Part shown: piece after piece, positions 38,599 through 45,785 of the stretch
Numbering within the stretch: position 1 is the stretch's first letter
Layout of the letters: every line of letters begins with the position of its first letter
Assembly (NCBI GenBank): GCA_021783355.1
Contig: JAJXTZ010000002.1
Location: forward strand, 1 to 45,785
Length of the DNA: 45,785 nucleotides
From: a bacterium
Lineage (GTDB): Bacteria > Elusimicrobiota > Elusimicrobia > UBA1565 > UBA9628
Direction: 5' to 3'
Notes under the pieces: model-generated
What the model saw: only the letters and a program-made list of their open reading frames with translations
The model's database searches: none
What the model was told of the DNA's origin: nothing
Made by a program: the position numbers and the translations under genes

Positions 38599-40253
38599 GG
38601 GAGCAGGCCCGCCTTCGCGAGGATCTTGGGTTCGACGACGAAATCGATGGTGCGGCCGTGGAACTCGGTGGCGGAGATGGTCTGCTCGAAGTTGTACTTC
38701 AGCAGGGTGTCCAGGTAGGTCTGGCCGCTGGTCACGCCGCCGAAGTCGGCGGTGGTGGCCAGGCGGCCGTCGTCGCCGACGACGAAGAAATCGTAGGTCT
38801 CCTGCGAGCCGTCGGCGGCGTAGGTGATCGTCGCGCGGTCGTGGAGGACGCCGGAGCCGTCGGGGGTGGAGGTCGCGCTGGCGCGGGCCGCCGACTCGCA
38901 GGACGTGGTCGTGCAGACGGTCTCGGCCATGCCCGCGCCGTTCCAGATGCGGGTGTTGATGCCGCCGGCGACGTAGTCGTAGCTGGTGATGCCGGAGCCG
39001 GAGGCCGGCTGCCAGCCGAACTTCTCGGTGCCGTCGATGCGGTACGAGTAGTTGTCGAAGAGCGTGGACCAGAAGCTGGAGCCGGATTTGACGGTGCGGT
39101 AGGCGTTGAGCGTGGCGTCGTAGAAGGTCTTGTCGGCGGTCAGGGTCGTGCTGACCAGGTGGCCGCCGGTCGCGAACTCCTGGATGGAATCCTGCGTGTT
39201 CGAGCGGCCGGTCTCGTAGGCGGTCACGTAGTAGTCGGGCGCCGTCCCGTCCTTGCCGCCGAGGTAGCGCGTGGCCAGCGTCAGGTCGGTCGGCAAGGTC
39301 TTGTTGAACTGCGCCTGGTAGTAGAAGTAGTCGAAGCGCCCGTCGCGCGAGTTCAGCGCCACCAGCTTGAACGAGTCGGCCGCCGGGCGCACGACGTACT
39401 CCTCGAGGCGCACGCGCCGGCCGAACGCGTCGATCATGGTCTTGCCTTCCATGTACTCGGCGCGCCGGGCCTCCTCGGCCGCGGCGGCCTGGACCGCCTC
39501 CTCGGACAGGCCGAGGGCGACCTCGCGCTGGACGTCCTTCTTGAACTCCTCCTTGTCGCCCTCGCCGACGATCTCGGCGGTGGCGGGAGGCGGGGGGAGC
39601 GGAGCCGAGACCGCGGCGACCCGGTCTCCGGCCGCGGCGGGGCCGGCCTTGGTCTGCTTGCCCGCGGGCGAGGCCCGGACGCCGGCGGGGAGGTCCAGGG
39701 GCCGGTCCGGGAGGACGCGGATGGAGCGCATCGGACGCCCGTCGCCCAGTTCCAGCTCCTCGCCCAGCAGGGTCTTGACCGCGACGACGCCTTGGGAGAC
39801 GTCCACCAAGGTCGCCTTGTCGGGCGAGACGTCGACGACGAACCGGGTCCCGCGCACGGCGCAGACGGCCGTCGGGGTGCGGACGTGGAACTCGTGCCGG
39901 TCGACCAGGTGCGAGACCCAGGCCTTCAAGGAGCCCAGGTCCAGCCCCAGGACCACGTCCACGCGCGACCCGGACTGCATCGTGAAGGCGGAGGACGGGC
40001 CCAGGCGGACGTGGCTGCCGTCCGGGAAGTCGAGGTCGGCGGAGGACTGTTCGCCGGTGCGCACGCGGTCCCCGTTCTCCAGCCGGAACGGGGTCTCCGG
40101 GATCCGCTGCCATTGCCGGGTCTGGGGGAAATAGACCTCGGCGACGCCGTCGACGTTCTGGACGTCCACCTGCGCCCGGACGAATCCGGGCGCTAGCAAG
40201 AGCAGGGCGGCAATGATACCCGCAAGCGACCGGCGGGCGGCTCGGTCAAGCAC
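38595..40253 (-). CDS. secreted FecR-domain protein with uncharacterised C-terminal region
   Basis: 552 aa, GTG start at 40253, signal peptide SLAGIIAALLLLAPGFVRA. The N-terminal G.A.V.......W..I.....L..GD.VRTG..S.A.L.F.DGS.V.L...S.F......VRGT.F pattern is typical of the FecR domain. The C-terminal ~330 aa are not recognised. Confidence 0.7.
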   Translation of the reverse strand: MLDRAARRSLAGIIAALLLLAPGFVRAQVDVQNVDGVAEVYFPQTRQWQRIPETPFRLENGDRVRTGEQSSADLDFPDGSHVRLGPSSAFTMQSGSRVDVVLGLDLGSLKAWVSHLVDRHEFHVRTPTAVCAVRGTRFVVDVSPDKATLVDVSQGVVAVKTLLGEELELGDGRPMRSIRVLPDRPLDLPAGVRASPAGKQTKAGPAAAGDRVAAVSAPLPPPPATAEIVGEGDKEEFKKDVQREVALGLSEEAVQAAAAEEARRAEYMEGKTMIDAFGRRVRLEEYVVRPAADSFKLVALNSRDGRFDYFYYQAQFNKTLPTDLTLATRYLGGKDGTAPDYYVTAYETGRSNTQDSIQEFATGGHLVSTTLTADKTFYDATLNAYRTVKSGSSFWSTLFDNYSYRIDGTEKFGWQPASGSGITSYDYVAGGINTRIWNGAGMAETVCTTTSCESAARASATSTPDGSGVLHDRATITYAADGSQETYDFFVVGDDGRLATTADFGGVTSGQTYLDTLLKYNFEQTISATEFHGRTIDFVVEPKILAKAGLLP

Positions 40254-40259
40254 CGGTGA

Positions 40260-40288
40260 AGTATAAGGAGGGGTCCCAAAACTGTCAA
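40260..40288 (-). promoter_or_regulatory. near-consensus sigma70 promoter of the FecR/cargo/barrel operon
   Basis: On the minus strand: TTGACA (40288-40283), 17-nt spacer, TATACT (40265-40260). Only 6 nt remain before the GTG at 40253. A second TTGACG (40294-40289) abuts it. Confidence 0.55.
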
Positions 40289-40319
40289 CGTCAAAAAAGT
40301 TACAGAACCGTCTAAAGCA

Positions 40320-41051
40320 TCAGAAAGACGGGTCGAAGCCGGTCCCGTGCGGGGGCTGATTGCCGCCGTTGCCGTCCCGATTCCCGTTGGTGTTTCCCGA
40401 GGCGCCGTTCTGGGTGGTGTTGTTGACCGTGACAGAGGTGGTCCCGTTGGCGGTGACGCCGTTGCCTCCGGCGGCTCCCCCGGAGTCCGGCGTCGCGGGC
40501 GGCAAGGTGTCGGGCTGGCCCCAGGTCACGCCCGGGGAGCGGCCCGCGTCCTTGGCCTTGCTCTGGTCCAGAGCGACGAAGCCGCCCCCGTCCACCGCGT
40601 GCTGGCGTGCTGGAGCCGCGTTCGAGTACTGGGGCAGCTGACCTTCGGTGCGGATCAGGGCGCCCGGTTTGGAATAATTGGGCGGCGTCTGGGTGGCGCC
40701 GCCGGAGGTGCCGCCCGTCGAGCCCCCGGTGTCCGCGGCCGCCCGGGCGCCGAGCCCGCGGCCGACGGCGTGGGTCAGGCGCAGGGGGTGCCAGAAGCCG
40801 GAGGAGGAACGGCGCGAGGTGAATCCGCTCGGGGCGTAGGCCGCGCGGGAGGTTGCGGCGCCGAAGGCGGAGCGGGCCGGAGCCGCGGCCGGCGCGGCGG
40901 GGACGAACGGCGCGGGGGTGGAGAAACCCGGGCGTCCCGCCGGGGCGCTGGGGGGGGTGCTGCGACCGTTATAAAGGACGTAGGCTTTCCCGGAATCGGC
41001 GAGCGCCAGGGACGGAATCAGGACGGCCGCGGCGAAAAGCACGGTTTTCAT
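40320..41051 (-). CDS. hypothetical secreted low-complexity (Pro/Ala then Gly/Asn/Thr-rich) protein
   Basis: 243 aa from ATG 41051. Signal peptide MKTVLFAAAVLIPSLALA, with GGGGGAAG just upstream. The ORF-track extension to 41201 lacks a signal peptide context. Confidence 0.6.
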   Translation of the reverse strand: MKTVLFAAAVLIPSLALADSGKAYVLYNGRSTPPSAPAGRPGFSTPAPFVPAAPAAAPARSAFGAATSRAAYAPSGFTSRRSSSGFWHPLRLTHAVGRGLGARAAADTGGSTGGTSGGATQTPPNYSKPGALIRTEGQLPQYSNAAPARQHAVDGGGFVALDQSKAKDAGRSPGVTWGQPDTLPPATPDSGGAAGGNGVTANGTTSVTVNNTTQNGASGNTNGNRDGNGGNQPPHGTGFDPSF

Positions 41052-41189
41052 GGCTTCCCCCAAGCGATTCCAGTATAGCCCCGGAACCGGGACCCCGCCA
41101 TGGTTGCGTTGTTGCGGACGATTAAAAAGACGGTAAAGCGCCCGTTCGTCCAAAATATGTAGAATGGCCGCGCGGGACCTCCGCCCGTC

Positions 41190-41218
41190 TTGATTTCGCA
41201 ACGCGGGGGCCTCATACT
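41190..41218 (+). promoter_or_regulatory. candidate sigma70-type promoter of clpC
   Basis: TTGATT (41190-41195), 17-nt spacer, CATACT (41213-41218). A 42-nt leader ends in AGGAG 7 nt before the ATG. Confidence 0.4.
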
Positions 41219-41260
41219 GTCTGTATAGAAGGAAGCGAAGGGGCTTCCAGGAGACAATTT

Positions 41261-43753
<2,493 letters not shown>

Positions 43754-43766
43754 AACCGGACGAGTG

Positions 43767-43800
43767 ACGGCCCGCCGCCTCTGGCGGCGGGCCGTTTCTC
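43767..43800 (+). terminator. intrinsic terminator downstream of clpC
   Basis: Perfect 11-bp GC stem GGCCCGCCGCC (43769-43779) / GGCGGCGGGCC (43783-43793) with a 3-nt loop, extendable by 2 bp. It is followed by GTTTCTCCTGTT. Confidence 0.7.
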
Positions 43801-43832
43801 CTGTTATCCTCATCGTAGGGCCGAGTCTCGTC

Positions 43833-44972
43833 ATGCACCGCCTCTCCGCCGACCGAAAGATCCGCTGGGACTCCCTGCGCGCACGCGGGGCGGACCTCCT
43901 CTTTTTCTCCGCGCTGGCGGTGGTGGGCCTCTCCTACGGCCTCGGCTACCGCCTGGACTGGCGCCAGGAGTCCGGCGTCCCTGACGACGACGTCGAGGTC
44001 GCGGAGATCCCGGCCCCCGCGTCCATGCCCGCCATGGTCGCGCGCCTCCCCAGTCCGCCGCAGATGACCCCGCCCGCCGGCGCCGCGACGCTGTCCGCGC
44101 CGCCGGTGCCCGCGCTCCTGCCGACGCCGAGCGACGCGGCGTGGGACAAGATGACCTCGCGCCTGGAGACGATGGCCGACCACTACCCGGGCCGCGTGGG
44201 GATCTACCTCAAGGACCTGAGGACCGGGCGGACCTGGACCCACAATCCCGACGACCTGTTCCCGGCGGCGAGCCTGATCAAGCTCCCGATCCTGATCTCG
44301 ACCTTCTACAAGATGAAGGACGGCGGACTGTCGCTCGACGACCAGCTGACGCTGACGCGGCGCAATCGCGTCGGCGGCTCGGGCTCGCTGAAGTGGCGCC
44401 GCGACGGCTCTCGCTTCACCGTGCGCGAGCTGCTGGGCCACATGATCACGGAATCCGACAACACCGCGACGAAGATGATCCTCGACCGCCTGGGCATCGG
44501 CTACGTCCAGCAGCAGTTCCCGCGCATGGGCCTGCTCTACACCGGCATCTACGCCGAGGGGATGAGCCTGAAGAGCGGCCGCGTCGCGCACGAGAATTAC
44601 ACGACCGCCCGCGAGATCGAGATGCTCGAGGAGAAGATCTACCGAGGCGAGGCCGTCGACAAGGCCTCCAGCGCCCTGATGCTCGAGATCCTGCGCCGGC
44701 CGCATGCGGTCGCCTCGCGACTGTCGAAGGGGATGCCGAAGGGCTGGGAGATCGCCCACAAGACCGGCCTCGAACGCAAAGCCTGCCACGACGCGGCCAT
44801 CTTCTTCACGCCGAACGGCGACTACGCGATCACCGTGCTGACCGGACAGAACCGTTCGTACTCGGAGGCCAAGAACTTCATCACGAAGGTCGGGCACGTG
44901 ACCTTCGCCGACTACGCCGGCCCGCGCTACATCGCCTCGCTGCCGCGCCGCGAGCGCGCCTGGCTGCGCTGA
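43833..44972 (+). CDS. membrane-anchored class A beta-lactamase-like serine hydrolase
   Basis: 379 aa from ATG 43833; the ORF-track start at 43764 would lie inside the clpC terminator hairpin. N-terminal TM segment (LLFFSALAVVGLSYGLGY), a Pro/Ala linker, then SxxK (AASLIKL), SDN (ITESDNTAT) and KTG (HKTGLE) motifs. Confidence 0.75.
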   Translation: MHRLSADRKIRWDSLRARGADLLFFSALAVVGLSYGLGYRLDWRQESGVPDDDVEVAEIPAPASMPAMVARLPSPPQMTPPAGAATLSAPPVPALLPTPSDAAWDKMTSRLETMADHYPGRVGIYLKDLRTGRTWTHNPDDLFPAASLIKLPILISTFYKMKDGGLSLDDQLTLTRRNRVGGSGSLKWRRDGSRFTVRELLGHMITESDNTATKMILDRLGIGYVQQQFPRMGLLYTGIYAEGMSLKSGRVAHENYTTAREIEMLEEKIYRGEAVDKASSALMLEILRRPHAVASRLSKGMPKGWEIAHKTGLERKACHDAAIFFTPNGDYAITVLTGQNRSYSEAKNFITKVGHVTFADYAGPRYIASLPRRERAWLR

Positions 44973-44975
44973 CCC

Positions 44976-45488
44976 GTGCGCGCGCTCCTGCTGGCCGCCC
45001 TGCTCCTCCCGGTCGCGCGCGCGGCGCGCGCCGACGACGCCCCCAAGCTCCAGCGCTACCTCGCGGACCTGCGCCTCGGAGACGACCTGGAGACCGTGCG
45101 CCGCGTCTATCCGCCGGCCCAGGAGTGGCCGAGCTCCTCGGCGCCGGCGGGGGGGATCACCCGCTACCGCGTCGAGCGCGCCTGGGCCAAGGCCTTCCCG
45201 CGGGGCGCGCAGACGCTCTTCCTCGGCTTCCTGCGCGGCCGCCTCGCCGAGGTCGAGATCGTCTACGACGAGCGGCTCTCCGCCCGCCAGCCGGTCGAGA
45301 AGCTGGCCGGCGAGTACGCGCTGATCTACGGCGAGCCGCGCCGCGCCGCGGAGCGCTTCTGGTGGGCGGACGAGCGCACCGTCCTGCGCGTCTTCCCCAC
45401 CGAGGTCCCGGCCCGCAAGGCCGGTCCCCGCGCCGTCGAGATCCGCACCAGCGTCCAGGTCTTCGACCGGCGCTCCTTCGAGCACTGA
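44976..45488 (+). CDS. hypothetical secreted protein
   Basis: 170 aa, GTG start, signal peptide MRALLLAALLLPVARAARA. No family recognised. Confidence 0.55.
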   Translation: MRALLLAALLLPVARAARADDAPKLQRYLADLRLGDDLETVRRVYPPAQEWPSSSAPAGGITRYRVERAWAKAFPRGAQTLFLGFLRGRLAEVEIVYDERLSARQPVEKLAGEYALIYGEPRRAAERFWWADERTVLRVFPTEVPARKAGPRAVEIRTSVQVFDRRSFEH

Positions 45489-45528
45489 AGAGCCTCCCTT
45501 CGGGGCTGCCCGCGGCGGGAAGGGCCGT

Positions 45529-45785
45529 TTACCAGCGCCGGGCGACGGTGAAGCGGTGGGTTCCGCCGAGCTCGCCCATGGGCACCGCCGCGTAGTCCAG
45601 GCGCCAGCGCGCGCCGTCCAAGCCCACGCCGAGCGTCAATCCCCGCGCCGCGTCGAAACCGGAGCCGCCGGTGATGGCGGACTGGGTGGCGTAGCCGGCG
45701 CGCAGGCGCACGCCCTTGCGGGCGCGCAGCTCGCCGCCGAAGGCGAAGTCGCTGCCGGTGCCGCGCGGGCCGTCGGTCCATTCGG
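45529..45785 (-). CDS. PorV-like outer-membrane barrel, 5' end outside window
   Basis: The frame stays open from 45785 down to the stop at 45529. The C-terminal ...GLTLGVGLDGARWRLDYAAVPMGELGGTHRFTVARRW parallels the C-terminus of the 33287-34213 protein (GLKTGLGVDYRGVSIDYAFGPGADVGDQHLFALTWRF). Confidence 0.5.
   Translation of the reverse strand, partial: EWTDGPRGTGSDFAFGGELRARKGVRLRAGYATQSAITGGSGFDAARGLTLGVGLDGARWRLDYAAVPMGELGGTHRFTVARRW

Noticed and set aside
38599-40113. ORF-track extension of the cargo protein to 1967 aa
   Set aside because: The extension is Arg/Pro/Gly-rich and overlaps the FecR-domain gene in another frame. A GTG at 38598 gives a proper signal peptide and a GTGA overlap with the upstream stop.
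41131-41165. Second clpC promoter around TAGAAT (41160-41165)
   Set aside because: There is no acceptable -35 at 16-18 nt, and the upstream TG is not spaced as in an extended -10. No CtsR or CIRCE operator was seen either.
45489-45528. Possible bidirectional terminator between the convergent genes at the right end
   Set aside because: Only a 6-bp stem (CCCTTC/GAAGGG) with a 17-nt loop and a weak T tract; too weak to call.

Overview
Very GC-rich bacterial chromosome segment centred on the replication origin. Left of about 12.7 kb the genes run on the minus strand, away from the origin: dnaA, dnaN, a DUF721/DciA-like gene, gyrB, gyrA, a small secreted protein, serS, mazG, then a polyamine pair (eukaryote-type AdoMet decarboxylase and speE). 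A 5'-truncated Gly/Ser-repeat gene lies at the window edge. Right of the origin a long plus-strand array is joined mostly by overlapping stop/start codons: hpf, hprK, rapZ, a complete mannose-family PTS (EIIA, EIIB, IIC, IID), ptsH, a 48-bp tandem repeat, ptsI, lepA, lepB, nfeD and a Zn-ribbon/methyltransferase-like gene. From about 24.7 kb the strand flips to an accessory-looking minus-strand stretch. It holds galE, then a visibly lower-GC AAA+/winged-helix ATPase preceded by AT-rich DNA containing a 61-bp imperfect palindrome. Next come an 820-aa fusion of two ATP-grasp ligase modules, a ClC channel and a class I/II aminotransferase. These are followed by a four-gene operon with 4-nt stop/start overlaps: a FecR-domain protein, a 1462-aa beta-propeller/Ig-repeat protein ending in a T9SS-type C-terminal sorting domain, a PorV/PorQ-like barrel and an unassigned 401-aa barrel. 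The window ends with a low-complexity secreted protein, clpC, a membrane-anchored class A beta-lactamase-like protein, a small secreted protein and a truncated second PorV-like gene. No rRNA, tRNA, CRISPR array, transposase or integrase was seen. The best candidates for something new are the cargo/PorV-like/barrel operon, the double ATP-grasp ligase cluster and the low-GC AAA+ gene. All calls rest on reading the translations and DNA by eye; no searches were run.
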